This document shows positions 1-11,449 of a stretch of DNA of 64,000 nucleotides, in pieces. This DNA comes from Bdellovibrionales bacterium (GTDB lineage Bacteria; Bdellovibrionota; Bdellovibrionia; Bdellovibrionales; CAYMLA01), in NCBI GenBank assembly GCA_965217115.1, contig OZ244239.1:1408001-1472000 (forward strand), written 5' to 3'. A model generated the notes under the pieces. The model was not told the origin of the DNA. It did no database searches and worked only from the letters and a program-made list of their open reading frames with translations. The translations under genes and the position numbers were made by a program. The first letter of the stretch is position 1. Each line of letters starts with the position of its first letter.

Positions 1-1
1 A

Positions 2-184
2 AATACGAAAAATGAAAAGTTGAATATTTATGCGACTGATGCTGAAAATCATGAATCTTGTAGATACACAGCATTTCATTTGTTGAGAGACCAACAGACA
101 GATGTAAGAGTTGACTATGTTTATACAAACAAGAGTAGAGAGGTAGAGGCTGAGGACACGATCTATGCTACCAGTGTACGATAA
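2..184 (+). CDS. 3' end of a hypothetical protein truncated by the window edge
   Basis: Frame is open from base 2 to TAA at 182-184 (NTKNEKLNIYATD...YATSVR*). Confidence 0.5.
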   Translation, partial: NTKNEKLNIYATDAENHESCRYTAFHLLRDQQTDVRVDYVYTNKSREVEAEDTIYATSVR

Positions 185-334
185 ACTATATTCTTGTTTT
201 CAAAAAAAGGATGGGGGTCGGGTCAGGGAAATGGGGAGTACCGAAACATTACACAATACTCCTGTTTTCAAGTATTTTATCTCTATCTTGTATATAATCG
301 CACTGGATTTATAATAAGGAAGAAAGGGTTTATA

Positions 335-751
335 ATGATTAAAATACAACACCTATCTGTGTCGGTGAATAATCCAAGAAAAATGGCTGAAGCATTAGCT
401 GAAGTGACAAAAGGAAAAGCTGAAAAGTTTTTATCGAAAAATATGACAGAAGCCTGGGTTTGTATTTGGGATGAAAAAACAAACCACCTTATTGAGTTTT
501 TACCGAATGATTACTTAATGCACCCAACCGATTACGGTGCTGACTTTAAACAATTACCACAAAAACAAAATTTTAATTCAACGCATGTTCAGTTAGAAGT
601 AGAAACTCCACTGGAAAGCATTATTTTTATGGCAAATAAATACGGTTTTGAACACAGATTTAGACCTAATCGTGGTGGACCACTCTATGATGTTTGGTTT
701 GAAAAGGAGTTTTTAATTGAATTTGTTTCAGATGAAATCCGAAACTTATAG
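335..751 (+). CDS. Glyoxalase/VOC-fold-like hypothetical protein
   Basis: Likely ATG at 335 after a purine-rich RBS; IQHLSVSVNNP...IEF...THVQL...IEFV pattern resembles VOC proteins. Confidence 0.6.
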   Translation: MIKIQHLSVSVNNPRKMAEALAEVTKGKAEKFLSKNMTEAWVCIWDEKTNHLIEFLPNDYLMHPTDYGADFKQLPQKQNFNSTHVQLEVETPLESIIFMANKYGFEHRFRPNRGGPLYDVWFEKEFLIEFVSDEIRNL

Positions 752-893
752 ATAGGTCATGATCATTTGTCACTAACTGCTTCACTAGAGCTTAATACAA
801 AAAGCTCTAAAGGGCATGACAGGGGTAAAGTTTCAGTAGAGTTAAAGGCTGCCCTTAAATCACTAGGTAGATGACCAACATCTACTCAGAGAG

Positions 894-970
894 ACAGTGA
901 AAATTTAATGACAAAAAAATGGCCAATCTAAATGATTGGCCATTTCTTATTGCTAGTAATGAATAACTGG
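894..970 (+). repeat. 77-bp direct repeat, copy 1 (contains a hairpin terminator)
   Basis: Near-identical to 1885-1962 (1 indel, 1 mismatch); includes AAATGGCCAATC-TAAAT-GATTGGCCATTT. Confidence 0.95.
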
Positions 971-993
971 AATCGGAATTGGTGGCGGTTCTG

Positions 994-1133
994 GCTCCTT
1001 GACTGCAATTTGCAAGATTGGCAATCCCTCGAAACATAAGTCCCTTTGATCTTAAACGCCTGATAAGAGCCGAGGGTCGATTTTTCTTCCTCCCGATTTT
1101 GACACCACTTTTCTTAGCATACTTCAAACCATT
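994..1133 (-). pseudogene. C-terminal (HTH) remnant of a resolvase/invertase-type serine recombinase
   Basis: NGLKYAKKSGVKIGRKKNRPSALIRRLRSKGLMFRGIANLANCSQG matches the G..GR arm plus HTH of resolvases; catalytic domain absent. Confidence 0.7.
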
Positions 1134-1209
1134 TGGTTTTTATATGGTGTCAATCTGACTTTAAATAGAGCCAATAAGCAATGAATTAGGCTCCATTACA
1201 GTTGATTGT

Positions 1210-1225
1210 TGGCTTCATTTTTGCT
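1210..1225 (+). promoter_or_regulatory. sigma54 (-24/-12) promoter candidate
   Basis: TGGCTTCATTTTTGCT, exact GG-N10-GC spacing, about 40 bp upstream of ATG 1264. Confidence 0.6.
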
Positions 1226-1263
1226 GTTTAATATTTTCAAATATTACTCTAGGGGGAGAAGTT

Positions 1264-1791
1264 ATGAAAAAGTTTTTGTGTTATTTGTTAATATTATTAT
1301 CTACTGGGAGCGTTGCGTTAAGCACTGTCGTTGATGTTGAAGTCTTAAATTTAAGTCCTCCAAAATATGCTGAGTTTAAAAAACTACCATTGAGTGTCCA
1401 AAATTTAATGCTTCAAGAAGCAAAATTTCGGAAGAAGGCAAAGGAGATAAGAAGAAAAAAGGAAGAAAAAACGAAGTTTCAGATATTGTCTCTTACTTTT
1501 TCAAACAGACACGATCCTAGATGTGATGACGATGATTCAGGTAATGATTCACGCTCTTGTGTGCCTAGATGTACTTGGAGACGTTCTGACGGGTCATGTA
1601 TCTCACATGGAGCAGACTTTTGTAGCAAAAATGCGTCTTGTTCACCGAACTGTACTTGGAGAATCTCTGACGGATCATGTAACTCATATGATGAAGATTT
1701 TTGTGGTGAAGATGCTGTTTGTTCACCAAATTGTACATGGAGAGGTTCTGACGGATCATGTAACTCATATGATTCAGATGTTTGTTTTTAG
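1264..1791 (+). CDS. Secreted Cys-rich protein with three ~27-aa repeats
   Basis: Signal peptide; C.P.CTWR.SDGSC.S...D.C repeated three times; GGAG RBS. Confidence 0.8.
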   Translation: MKKFLCYLLILLSTGSVALSTVVDVEVLNLSPPKYAEFKKLPLSVQNLMLQEAKFRKKAKEIRRKKEEKTKFQILSLTFSNRHDPRCDDDDSGNDSRSCVPRCTWRRSDGSCISHGADFCSKNASCSPNCTWRISDGSCNSYDEDFCGEDAVCSPNCTWRGSDGSCNSYDSDVCF

Positions 1792-1884
1792 ATAACTTTA
1801 AAAAAAATATAAATGAGTTCCAGTTGAAAGAGCTGGAGCTTGTCGAGTAAAACGAAGGGTTCAAGAGAGATCGCCTTTCAAATC

Positions 1885-1962
1885 ACAGTGAAAATTTAAT
1901 GACAAAAAAAATGGCCAATCTAAATGATTGGCCATTTCTTATTGCTAGTAACGAATAACTGG
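1885..1962 (+). repeat. 77-bp direct repeat, copy 2
   Basis: Near-identical to 894-970. Confidence 0.95.
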
Positions 1963-2152
1963 CTTTGTAGTGTAAAAAATTCATCAGTATTTTACGCTCA
2001 AAGGGCCTTTGTTTTAATTTGAATAAGAAAGTAACCAGATACGACAATTGTTTGTCTACGAACTTATCAAAATAAGTTAGAAACACTCTTAAAACACCAA
2101 AAGTGAGCTCATAACAAACATAAAATTAAATAATTATAGATACTTAGAGCTA

Positions 2153-2168
2153 TGGCTGGAACTTTGCT
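2153..2168 (+). promoter_or_regulatory. sigma54 promoter candidate
   Basis: TGGCTGGAACTTTGCT, GG-N10-GC spacing, upstream of the 2262 gene. Confidence 0.55.
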
Positions 2169-2261
2169 TTACTTACAAATGAAACAAAGTTCTTATTTTC
2201 AAAGAAAGGAGAGGCCGGAGCAAGGAAATAGGACGATACCAGTTTATGAGGAATTATTAAA

Positions 2262-2858
2262 ATGAAAGGTTTAGTTTTATCCAGTTTACTTTTTATTCTA
2301 CCCATTTTTAGCTATGGAAACTGTCCAGTCCCTAAATTACAAGATGAATTTATACTGAACGAGAGAATCATAAGCTTAACTACAACCCTTGATCTAGAAG
2401 ATGATAATGGAAAATTTGGTACTATTAAAGAAAAACTCATTAGCCTAGCAAGGTCTTTCACCTATACAGGTCCTTCAAATGAGACTATTGCAACGGCCAA
2501 ACAAAAGCTTTTTTCTTGGGGGGTACAGATTGATGTTTTTGATTGTGCACGCAAGAAAATAGGCACGATTAAAGAAAATATTCTAAAATCTATGTTTAAA
2601 ACTTATACAACTTACAGTATTGAAGACGCTAGCGGCGAAATAGTTGCAATATCAAAAAAGGTTAGTTGGCTCGCAACGTCCTTCTCATTAAAAACTCCTG
2701 AAGGTAAAGATATCGCTAAAATGAAACGTCCCGTGATTAACTTTTTTGGTGATAAGTGGAAAATGCAAATTGAGAACCATAAACAAGTAGACCCTCGGCT
2801 ATATATTATGATTGCTGCCTACAAAACGAGTGCAGATAATCAGAGATCTTCAGATTAA
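2262..2858 (+). CDS. Secreted LURP-one/scramblase (Tubby C-terminal-like) family protein
   Basis: Signal peptide; repeated G.IKEK...SF.Y...G..IA strands ending in DPRLYIMIAA. Confidence 0.75.
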   Translation: MKGLVLSSLLFILPIFSYGNCPVPKLQDEFILNERIISLTTTLDLEDDNGKFGTIKEKLISLARSFTYTGPSNETIATAKQKLFSWGVQIDVFDCARKKIGTIKENILKSMFKTYTTYSIEDASGEIVAISKKVSWLATSFSLKTPEGKDIAKMKRPVINFFGDKWKMQIENHKQVDPRLYIMIAAYKTSADNQRSSD

Positions 2859-2864
2859 AGTTTC

Positions 2865-2914
2865 CTAGATAAATAATCAGTTCTCAGCCGATAAGGCTAG
2901 GAGATGATGAAAAG
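2865..2914 (+). repeat. 50-bp post-stop hairpin motif (R motif), copy 1
   Basis: CTAGATAAATAATCAGTTCTCAGCCGATAAGGCTAGGAGATGATGAAAAG; homologous copies at 39732, 40718 and 47295(-). Confidence 0.85.
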
Positions 2915-2940
2915 CTCACTGTAAAGTGGGCTTTTTCTTT
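2910..2940 (+). terminator. Intrinsic terminator
   Basis: AAAAGCTCACT-GTAA-AGTGGGCTTTTT followed by CTTT. Confidence 0.75.
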
Positions 2941-3028
2941 GCGCCCCATGATCAGCTTATCATCAATTTACCAGGTTTTAGAACTACCGATGTTTTGGGT
3001 TTTCAAGGATTTTAGAGGTTCAATGAAA

Positions 3029-3104
3029 TGGTAGGGCCTGCCGGAGTCGAACCGACGACATCTACCTTGTAAGGGTAGCGCTCTACCAACTGAGCTAAGG
3101 CCCT
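3029..3104 (-). tRNA. tRNA-Val(TAC)
   Basis: 76-nt cloverleaf AGGGCCTTAGCTCAGTTGGTAGAGCG CTACC-CTTACAA-GGTAG ... GGTTCGACTCC ... AGGCCCT-A-CCA. Confidence 0.97.
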
Positions 3105-3163
3105 AAAAAGAAAGGACAAGTTAACTAGAAAACAACTATTTGTCCAACACAAACCAAGAGAAT

Positions 3164-3715
3164 TTAACTCCACCAGTGGTAGAGCCAATTCCACCAAGAA
3201 CAGCTTGAATCTTCCTCTTCAGATTGAGACTCCTTGTCTTCCACTCGACTTAACAAATAATGATAGCCACAATTTTCTTCACAATCATTATTAATAAAGG
3301 GCAAAAATGTCACTCCCATGCCTTTGTGGCCTTCAAGGCCATCATAATACCGCATAACTAAGCGATAGAGTTGACCATCGTTCTCAACCATCACCGCACG
3401 CACAAGGAAGCCCTCTTCCACCCCTATGCCCGTAGCGACAACTCTGTTGGTTTTGCCATCTATTTCTTCTATTTGTAACTGTTTTAAAAGCTCTGAGGTT
3501 TCAATAACTTTCAATCGAAGAAGTATTTGAGAGCGAGATTCTCCATCGGGGATATCTACTTTCCACACAGTCTCATTAATTGACTTCCAAGGGAATGGAG
3601 CTTCTGTCCCCAGGGGCCAAGGAATTTCTCCCCCATCCGCGCAGGCGCTCAACCCTATCAAGAGACTTATTAGTAATAAGCTCAATCTTTTCAACAATAA
3701 ATACCCCATTAACAT
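3164..3715 (-). CDS. Hypothetical exported protein
   Basis: Signal/lipoprotein-like N-terminus; PWP...PFPW motif; closely follows the upstream TPR gene (start may be ATG 3709). Confidence 0.7.
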   Translation of the reverse strand: MLMGYLLLKRLSLLLISLLIGLSACADGGEIPWPLGTEAPFPWKSINETVWKVDIPDGESRSQILLRLKVIETSELLKQLQIEEIDGKTNRVVATGIGVEEGFLVRAVMVENDGQLYRLVMRYYDGLEGHKGMGVTFLPFINNDCEENCGYHYLLSRVEDKESQSEEEDSSCSWWNWLYHWWS

Positions 3716-3720
3716 CCCCT

Positions 3721-4827
3721 CTAAGCTTCAAACATAACACGAGCATTTTTATTCATGTAATACCCACTCTTTGCTCGGAAAATATATTTTGGTTTTTCAA
3801 AATCAGGCTCAACCATCTTGCGTAGCCTTTTGATGGTCACATAAATCTTATTATCATGAACTGCAGGATCGTATGTCTGCTTCCAAATTTTTTCAACGAG
3901 GCATTCCTTAGAATAAATTTGCCCTGGATTTTTTACAAATAATCGCAGCATATCTAATAAAACAAATTGATTTTTAAAATTAACTCGTCCAAGTCTTTTT
4001 TCAACAATTGAATTTGTTCGTTCATCAAAAACTAAATCATACTGACTCTCGTTAACTGTGCCAATTTCTTTTAATGCTTTTTCTATGTTAGTCAGAGAGC
4101 TTTTTAAATTACTTGGATCGCAAGAGCGACGTGCTAAGTCTAAGTAAGTTCGAGCCATATTCTTGTCGCCCGCTTCAAAATAGGTTAAACCCAGTGCCCA
4201 TAATAAATACACATAGTGCATGAAGTTCTTATCTTCCCGCAACTGATCGTAACACTTCCAAAATATATCTAAGGCCTGGTCGTATCTCTTCATTTGACGT
4301 AAAATATGTCCATTAATCATCTGGGTCGACATTTCAAGTTCAGGTAATTTCAGCACTTGAAAGAAGACTTGAAGGTTATACACTTCATTTAAAGCCTCAT
4401 CGAATCTCCCCAAGTTGTAATAAACGATGGCGATTCCGTTAATCGCATAACAAACATCTTTCTTGCTATCTTCGCTCAAGGCTAAAGATAAAGATTTTTG
4501 TAAATAATCCAAGGCCACTTCATACTGCTGCTTAAAAGAAGCACAAAGCCCAAAGGTGTAATAGGTCTTAGGAGATAGCTGCAACCCCTCTCGAATCACT
4601 AAATCTTGAATTTTTTCTTTGATCTCGTTGATTTCATCAAATTGCTCTCTATCCGCATAGATTCGCAAGGCCTTGTTAATGCACTCTAAATAGTTTGTGA
4701 AATCCTTCTCTTTGAGATATCCCTCAGAGGCTTTGATCAGATTGCGTAGAGCAAGTGAAAAGTCTCCACGATCGCAATACAGGCGACCTAATTCAAATTG
4801 AGATTCAAAATTCTCTGAATGAGCCAA
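3721..4827 (-). CDS. TPR-repeat protein with C-terminal OmpR/PhoB-type winged HTH
   Basis: TPR helices; C-terminal YSKECLVEKIW...IYVTIKRLRKMVEPDFEKPKYI...GYY. Confidence 0.85.
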   Translation of the reverse strand: MAHSENFESQFELGRLYCDRGDFSLALRNLIKASEGYLKEKDFTNYLECINKALRIYADREQFDEINEIKEKIQDLVIREGLQLSPKTYYTFGLCASFKQQYEVALDYLQKSLSLALSEDSKKDVCYAINGIAIVYYNLGRFDEALNEVYNLQVFFQVLKLPELEMSTQMINGHILRQMKRYDQALDIFWKCYDQLREDKNFMHYVYLLWALGLTYFEAGDKNMARTYLDLARRSCDPSNLKSSLTNIEKALKEIGTVNESQYDLVFDERTNSIVEKRLGRVNFKNQFVLLDMLRLFVKNPGQIYSKECLVEKIWKQTYDPAVHDNKIYVTIKRLRKMVEPDFEKPKYIFRAKSGYYMNKNARVMFEA

Positions 4828-5014
4828 CAGAACCCTCTTCCCATAAATTTAAGTGTTTTTACTCACCAATACGGTACTATTTCTTACAAAATTTGACTTT
4901 TTGGTCAACTTCTTAATGCTTTTTTTTAGAATATAGTTAAATTTACATGGAGGCTTTTCTCAGAATCTATATAACAGTTAAGAGATTAACTATAGAGAGA
5001 AGGCCTCCTCAGGT

Positions 5015-7516
5015 CTAATGTCGAATATCCTGATCTTGCTGAGTATGCCCTGTATACCTGGCTCTCAGCCCCTCTGTTCTCTGAGACATGACCTTGAATA
5101 AATCCTTGGCGTCTTTTATCTCTAGAGCATTTACCAAAACTTGATCCACATGGTCCACCAGAATAAATTTTAATTGTTTTCTCACTTCCTCTGGAATGTC
5201 TTTAATATCATCCTTGTTCTCCTTAGGGCAGATGACTGTTCTAATTCCTGCGCGATGGGCAGCCATGGTCTTTTCTTTCAAACCACCTATAGCCATCACT
5301 CGCCCTCGAAGTGAAACCTCTCCAGTCATAGACACCGTTTTTTTAACTGGAAACTTCAGCATTGACGAGACAATACTCGTCACAATTCCAATACCTGCTG
5401 AAGGACCGTCTTTAGGGACGGCTCCCTCTGGTAAATGTATGTGAACATCTATATTCTCGTAAAACTCCTTGTCTAAACCAAACAAAGGCCCGCGAGAACG
5501 GACATAGCTCATCGCCGCCGCACATGACTCCTTCATCACGTCACCTAATTGACCTGTAACAGTGAATTTTCCTTTCCCTGGCACCGTTGAAACCTCAATC
5601 TGTAGGAGCTCTCCGCCCACCTCTGTCCATGCCATGCCATTGGTTAAGCCTATCTCACTCTTGCCTTCAATCTTTCCATGCTTAAGCTTGTGTGGACCCA
5701 ATAACTCGACCACCTTGGCCGCAGTGACATTTATCGATTTTCGAGAAGGTTTCTTTTTCGACGCCTTTGCTCCCTTCTTCTTTAAAGCACTCTTGTTTTC
5801 CTCCAGAGCGTCATTCGTTACGATTTCTTTAACGATCTTACGACAAACTGTCGCCACTTGACGTTCAAGTCCTCGAACTCCAGCCTCTCTGGTGTAAAAA
5901 CGAATCAACTCTTTAATTGCTCCATCAGCAACTGTCACAGTTTTTTTATCCAGACCATGTTTTTTCAATTGTTTCTGTAATAAATATTTTTTAGCTATTT
6001 GGAATTTTTCTGTCTCCGTATATCCTTCCAACGAAATTATTTCCATTCGATCAAGCAACGGCCGAGGAACGTAGTGCAACGAATTTGCTGTGGCTAAAAA
6101 CATCACCTGGGATAAGTCATACTCCAGCTCTAAATAGTGATCCTGGAAATGGCAATTTTGCTCTGGATCAAGAACCTCTAACATCGCCGCAGAAGGATCT
6201 CCTCGAAAGTCATTGCTCATTTTATCAAGTTCATCGAGCAAGATCAGAGGATTGCCTCTCTCGGATTTGCGCAACGCTTGAATAATTTTTCCCGGCATAG
6301 CTCCTACATAGGTTTTTCTATGACCACGAATTTCCGCTTCATCTCGAACTCCTCCAAGGGAAACTCGCGTGAAATCACGTCCCAGGGAACGGGCAATAGA
6401 ACGGGCCAAGGAGGTTTTTCCCACCCCTGGAGGGCCCACAAGACACAAAATAGGACCATTCATGTCATTGGACATCTTCTGCACAGCTAAGTGCTCTAAA
6501 ATCCTCTCTTTAACCTTATCTAGACCGAAATGATCTTCATCCAATATATTCTCAGATGCCACAATATCCACTTTAATATTAGAGTAATCATACCAAGGAA
6601 GAGACAACATCCAATCAATGTAATTACGAACCACTGCCGCCTCAGCACTCATAGGCGACATCATCTTGAGTTTTTTAAGTTCCTTATTAAACTTTTCTTG
6701 CGCCTCTTGACTCCATTTTTTCTTTTTCGCGCTATCTTCCAACTCCTCCAGCTCTACAGCATAGTCATCCTTATCTCCAAGCTCCTTCTGAATCGCTTGT
6801 ATTTGTTCATTGAGATAATACTCTTTTTGGGATTTTTCCATCTGCTTCTTTACGCGACCGCGAATTTTTTTCTCCACTTCGAGAATTTCAATTTCGCCTG
6901 TCATTAAATTCAACAAATATTCTAAGCGATCCATGGAATTAATAATTTCAAGAATTTTTTGTTTATCCTCTAATTTCAGGTTTAACTGAGCTACAATGAT
7001 ATCTGATAATTCACCTGAGTTCTCAATTGAAGACACCCTCATTAAAATCTCAGGGGGAATTCTTTTATTCAGCTTTACATAGGTTTCAAAAGTTGATTTC
7101 ACTGAACGAGCCAAAGCCTGGCTCTCAATTTCATTGATCTTCGGTTCTTCCAAAGTTTCCACTTCAACAGCAAAGAAGACATCCGTTTGAGTGAAGTGTC
7201 TAATCCTCGCCCTTCTTTTACCCTCAATTAAAACTTTTACCGTTCCATCAGGCAATCGGAGTAGTTGTATAATTGTACCAATTGTACCAACTTCATAAAC
7301 ATCTTCAGAGCCAGGGTTATTCGTTTTTGCATTTTTTTGGGCAGCTAAGACGATATCTGTCTGACGAGTCATTGCTTCTTCCAAAGCATTGATACTTTTT
7401 TCTCGTGCAACAAACAAAGGCATCATCATATGAGGAAAAATAATTAAATCCCTCAAAGGTAACAACGGCAAAGTTTCTATAGATGATCCTTCTCTTTGAG
7501 ATTTTGATTCCCCCAT
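5015..7516 (-). CDS. lon: ATP-dependent Lon protease
   Basis: LPLRD N-domain, GPPGVGKTS Walker A, PKDGPSAG catalytic motif. Confidence 0.98.
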   Translation of the reverse strand: MGESKSQREGSSIETLPLLPLRDLIIFPHMMMPLFVAREKSINALEEAMTRQTDIVLAAQKNAKTNNPGSEDVYEVGTIGTIIQLLRLPDGTVKVLIEGKRRARIRHFTQTDVFFAVEVETLEEPKINEIESQALARSVKSTFETYVKLNKRIPPEILMRVSSIENSGELSDIIVAQLNLKLEDKQKILEIINSMDRLEYLLNLMTGEIEILEVEKKIRGRVKKQMEKSQKEYYLNEQIQAIQKELGDKDDYAVELEELEDSAKKKKWSQEAQEKFNKELKKLKMMSPMSAEAAVVRNYIDWMLSLPWYDYSNIKVDIVASENILDEDHFGLDKVKERILEHLAVQKMSNDMNGPILCLVGPPGVGKTSLARSIARSLGRDFTRVSLGGVRDEAEIRGHRKTYVGAMPGKIIQALRKSERGNPLILLDELDKMSNDFRGDPSAAMLEVLDPEQNCHFQDHYLELEYDLSQVMFLATANSLHYVPRPLLDRMEIISLEGYTETEKFQIAKKYLLQKQLKKHGLDKKTVTVADGAIKELIRFYTREAGVRGLERQVATVCRKIVKEIVTNDALEENKSALKKKGAKASKKKPSRKSINVTAAKVVELLGPHKLKHGKIEGKSEIGLTNGMAWTEVGGELLQIEVSTVPGKGKFTVTGQLGDVMKESCAAAMSYVRSRGPLFGLDKEFYENIDVHIHLPEGAVPKDGPSAGIGIVTSIVSSMLKFPVKKTVSMTGEVSLRGRVMAIGGLKEKTMAAHRAGIRTVICPKENKDDIKDIPEEVRKQLKFILVDHVDQVLVNALEIKDAKDLFKVMSQRTEGLRARYTGHTQQDQDIRH

Positions 7517-7760
7517 TTGTGCCCCCCTGTTACAACGGTGCGACAGAGCACCAGTCGAAGACCTTCTCTGGTCTTATTACTAGTAACAATACCGCGAAAT
7601 CACTCTTGGGGAAACGTTTAGTCATAAAACTAGTCTGAAAAGAAGAGGTTAAAGATAAAGAAGGTTTTTCGTATTGCTTAGGGGCTAGGTCAAATGGCAG
7701 TAGGGAATAAGAAATTTATCGACCAAGGTCTTGGAAACCCTAAAATCTCTTATATAAATC

Positions 7761-9032
7761 CTAAGCACTCTCTTCTTTGTCCTCGACTTCAGAGATCATT
7801 AGGGGGCGAGCGTTATTTTTAATAGCCTCTTCATTGACGATGACCTGCTTGATCTCTGGTTTCGACGGAATTTCAAACATAACATCAAGCATCGCCTCTT
7901 CAATAACTCCACGCAAACCACGGGCCCCAGTTTTACGCTTTAACGCCTCATGGGCAATCGCGCGAATAGCCCCATCTGTAAAGGTTAAATCCACGTCTTC
8001 ATAGCTCAAAAGTTTTTTGTACTGCTTAATCAAGGCATTTTTAGGACGAGTTAAAATATCCACTAAAGCATCTTCCTCTAAAGGGTCTAGAATTCCCACA
8101 ACAGGTAGTCGACCAACAAACTCAGGAATCAAACCAAAACGAGCCAAATCATCAGGTTCCAATTGATGCAGAATGTTTTCACAACTGTCATCCTTTTCCT
8201 TTTGAGTCTTTATGTTCGCAGCAATTCCCATCGTTTTATTTGACACCCTCTTTTCAATAATTTTGTCCAAACCAACAAAAGCTCCACCAACAATGAATAA
8301 TATTCCTGTCGTATCCACTTGAATAAATTCTTGCTGGGGATGTTTTCTTCCGCCTTTGGGGGGCAGACTAGCCATGGTTCCTTCCAGTATTTTCAACAAT
8401 GCCTGTTGTACGCCCTCTCCACTCACATCGCGAGTGATCGAAGCATTTTCCGATTTACGAGTGATCTTATCGATCTCATCAATATAAATAATTCCCCTCT
8501 GGGTTTTTTCAACATCATAATCCGCGGCTTGTAACAAACCCAAAATAACATTTTCAACATCCTCTCCAACATACCCCGCTTCGGTTAGAGTCGTGGCGTC
8601 CGACATAGAAAATGGTACGTTCAAAATACGCGCAATGGTCTGCGCCAATAATGTTTTACCTGACCCTGTTGGGCCAATAATCATAATATTACTTTTCTGT
8701 AATTCGATATCTTCTTTCTTAGAAATACTTAGAGCATTTATTCTTTTATAATGATTGTGCACTGCCACTGATAAGGATTTTTTTGCCTTCTTTTGACCAA
8801 TGACATACTCATCCAAATGGTTCGATATATCTACCGGTTTAGGGACAATCAACGAGCCTTTTAGGGTGCCTTCACGCTCCATTTCCTCATCAATAATATC
8901 ATTACATAAGTCGATGCACTCATCACAAATATAAACACCAGGGCCTGCGATCAGCTTCTTAACTTCTTTCTGGCTTTTACCACAGAAGCTACAACGAAGT
9001 GTTCCTGTTCCTATTGAATCTTTCTTGCTCAT
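7761..9032 (-). CDS. clpX: ATP-dependent Clp protease ATP-binding subunit ClpX
   Basis: CSFCGK zinc finger, [24 protein letters not shown]. Confidence 0.98.
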   Translation of the reverse strand: MSKKDSIGTGTLRCSFCGKSQKEVKKLIAGPGVYICDECIDLCNDIIDEEMEREGTLKGSLIVPKPVDISNHLDEYVIGQKKAKKSLSVAVHNHYKRINALSISKKEDIELQKSNIMIIGPTGSGKTLLAQTIARILNVPFSMSDATTLTEAGYVGEDVENVILGLLQAADYDVEKTQRGIIYIDEIDKITRKSENASITRDVSGEGVQQALLKILEGTMASLPPKGGRKHPQQEFIQVDTTGILFIVGGAFVGLDKIIEKRVSNKTMGIAANIKTQKEKDDSCENILHQLEPDDLARFGLIPEFVGRLPVVGILDPLEEDALVDILTRPKNALIKQYKKLLSYEDVDLTFTDGAIRAIAHEALKRKTGARGLRGVIEEAMLDVMFEIPSKPEIKQVIVNEEAIKNNARPLMISEVEDKEESA

Positions 9033-9643
9033 TAAATATTTCCTTTCGCAGATTTGCGGAATTCCACAATATTATCTATCAGTCCAAAATCCTTAGCTTC
9101 CTCAGCATTCATGAAATGATCACGATCCAAGGCTTGAGACAAGAAATCCTTGTCCTTACCCGTGTGGTGAGAATAAATTTCAAGAACTTTCTCCTTCAAA
9201 GACTTTAATTCCTTCGCCTGAATTTTAATATCAGAAGCCTGCCCCCCAATTCCCTGTCCATATACCATAGGCTGATGAACCATCACCCGGGAGTTAGGCA
9301 TGCAATAACGCTTGCCTTTAGCTCCTGCCGCTAAAAGCAAGGACCCCATACTTGCTGCCATACCTACGCAATAGGTTGAAACATCACATTTTACGAACTG
9401 CATCATATCATAGACGGCCATTCCTGCAGAGAGACTTCCTCCTGGGCTATTTATGTATAAATGTATATCTTTTTCAGGGTTATCTACTTCCAAAAACAAA
9501 AATTGCGCTAAAATAGAATTTGCTACGTCATCGGTTATCGGCGAACCAACAATGACAAGGCGATCTTTTAATAAACGAGAGTAAATATCATAGCTTCTCT
9601 CTCCCCTTGCTGTCTGCTCAATTACATAAGGCACCAACGTCAC
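9032..9643 (-). CDS. clpP: Clp protease proteolytic subunit
   Basis: [33 protein letters not shown] start after AGGAG. Confidence 0.98.
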   Translation of the reverse strand: MTLVPYVIEQTARGERSYDIYSRLLKDRLVIVGSPITDDVANSILAQFLFLEVDNPEKDIHLYINSPGGSLSAGMAVYDMMQFVKCDVSTYCVGMAASMGSLLLAAGAKGKRYCMPNSRVMVHQPMVYGQGIGGQASDIKIQAKELKSLKEKVLEIYSHHTGKDKDFLSQALDRDHFMNAEEAKDFGLIDNIVEFRKSAKGNI

Positions 9644-9912
9644 AAAAACTCCTCTTTTTTCAATAAGTTATTTGAGCTACTACTAAATCGTTAAATACCA
9701 ATCGGATTTTTATGAAATGATCTTAAGTGATGTTTTGGTGCGTAAGTTACCAAAATCTGAGAATTATTCCCATAAATCTAAGAAAAGACTACAATCAGTA
9801 CCTTTGTCCTGTTACTACCTATCAGATCTTAACTTTAAGATTTTTTTAACTTATGTCGAAAAGCGGCTCGATTCAAAACCAGAATCGTAAATACTTATAT
9901 ATAGGAGGAAAC

Positions 9913-11424
9913 ATGACCTTATCGCTGTCACTTGCAAAAAAAATTTCCAACACACCTAAACAGGTAGGCGTCATTTTTGTTCAGCAGGGAAACAATAAGC
10001 TTTCCATCAATTCAAGCCATCAACTCAAGGACGGCAAGAGATTGCTCTCTAAAATAAATAAATGTCAGCAAGAGGACCTTTTTTCAGGAAAGACCAATGA
10101 GACTCTTTTTTTTAGAGATGTGAATATTGCCGATTGCTCACATATTCTCTATATAGGAATTGGTAATAAAAAAGAACTCTCAGGAGAGACACTTAGACAG
10201 GTTTCAGCCACAATTCTACAGAGTTTCCAAGAAAATAAATATTCAAAAGGTGTTGTCTTCTTTGATACAATTCCTTTAAAAGACAAACTCAATAGCTTAC
10301 AATCTCTTTCAGAGGGACTTGTCCTTAGCTCCTATGTTTTCGATGAATTAAAAGAAAAGCCTGAAAAAACAGTCAGCTTTCATATACAAATCTACTCATC
10401 GTCAAAAACAAAATCTCTAGAAAAAACTTTTGAATCTGGATCAATTATTGGTCAATTCGTAAATTTTTCTCGTCGTCTAGGAGACATGCCAGGCAATCGA
10501 ATGACACCAACTATTTTGTCTAATGAAGTGACCAAAGCCGCTAAAGATATTTCTAAATTAAAAATCACTGTTTGGAATAAAGCTCGCATAAAAAAAGAAA
10601 AAATGAATTCGTTTCTCTCTGTCTCTCTAGGGAGCGCCCAAGAACCTAAAATGATTGTTATGGAATACAATGGTGCGGCCGCCTCTAAGAGACCCATCGC
10701 CTTTGTTGGAAAAGGGCTTACCTTTGATTGTGGGGGAATCAGTATAAAACCTTCGCCAAGAATGAGCGAGATGAAGTTTGACATGTGTGGGGGAGCCAAT
10801 GTCATTGGAGCCGTTCTTGCCATTGCTAGTTTAAAGCTCAAAGTCAATATTCGCGCTTATATCCCCGCTTCTGAAAATATGCCTGGAGCTGCCGCCAATA
10901 AGCCGGGAGACATTGTTAGGGCTCGCAACGGCAAAACCATTGAGATCAATAACACGGATGCTGAAGGTCGTCTTATTTTAGCAGATGCTCTCGTTTACGC
11001 CTGTGAACAAAAGCCACAAATGGTTGTCGATGCAGCCACTCTTACAGGAGCGATGGTTGTCGCCTTGGGTAACACCCACACTGGTTTTTTCACCCATGAT
11101 GATAAATTAGCAAAGAGAATCAATACAGCTGCTCAGCATTCGAAAGAACCTGTCTGGCGCATGCCCTTAGTGAAGCATCATTTAAATGATGTAAAAGGAC
11201 ATTACGCGGACCTTTCCAATATCTCATCATTCGGGGGAGCTGGCAGCTCTACCGCCGCAGCCTTTTTATCCCAATTTGTAGATGAAAAAATCCCTTGGGC
11301 TCATTTTGATATTGCTGGAACTGGTTGGGACATCGGTAATCGCTCTAACTACAATTCGAAAAAGGGAGCCAGTGGGTCCATGATTAGAACCTTCATTGAA
11401 TTAGCTAAGAGTTTTTCCAATTAG
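9913..11424 (+). CDS. pepA: Leucyl aminopeptidase (M17)
   Basis: VGKGLTFDCGG, MKFDMCG, NTDAEGRL, TLTGA; ATG 9913 after AGGAGG. Confidence 0.95.
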   Translation: MTLSLSLAKKISNTPKQVGVIFVQQGNNKLSINSSHQLKDGKRLLSKINKCQQEDLFSGKTNETLFFRDVNIADCSHILYIGIGNKKELSGETLRQVSATILQSFQENKYSKGVVFFDTIPLKDKLNSLQSLSEGLVLSSYVFDELKEKPEKTVSFHIQIYSSSKTKSLEKTFESGSIIGQFVNFSRRLGDMPGNRMTPTILSNEVTKAAKDISKLKITVWNKARIKKEKMNSFLSVSLGSAQEPKMIVMEYNGAAASKRPIAFVGKGLTFDCGGISIKPSPRMSEMKFDMCGGANVIGAVLAIASLKLKVNIRAYIPASENMPGAAANKPGDIVRARNGKTIEINNTDAEGRLILADALVYACEQKPQMVVDAATLTGAMVVALGNTHTGFFTHDDKLAKRINTAAQHSKEPVWRMPLVKHHLNDVKGHYADLSNISSFGGAGSSTAAAFLSQFVDEKIPWAHFDIAGTGWDIGNRSNYNSKKGASGSMIRTFIELAKSFSN

Positions 11425-11449
11425 CATCGTCAGTGAGAGTTCTTGTGGG

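Noticed and set aside
3012..3197. 61-aa ORF
   Set aside because: It overlaps tRNA-Val and is spurious.
5196..9208. Short antisense ORFs inside lon, clpX and clpP (and similar ones elsewhere)
   Set aside because: Shadow ORFs of well-supported genes with no recognisable motifs.
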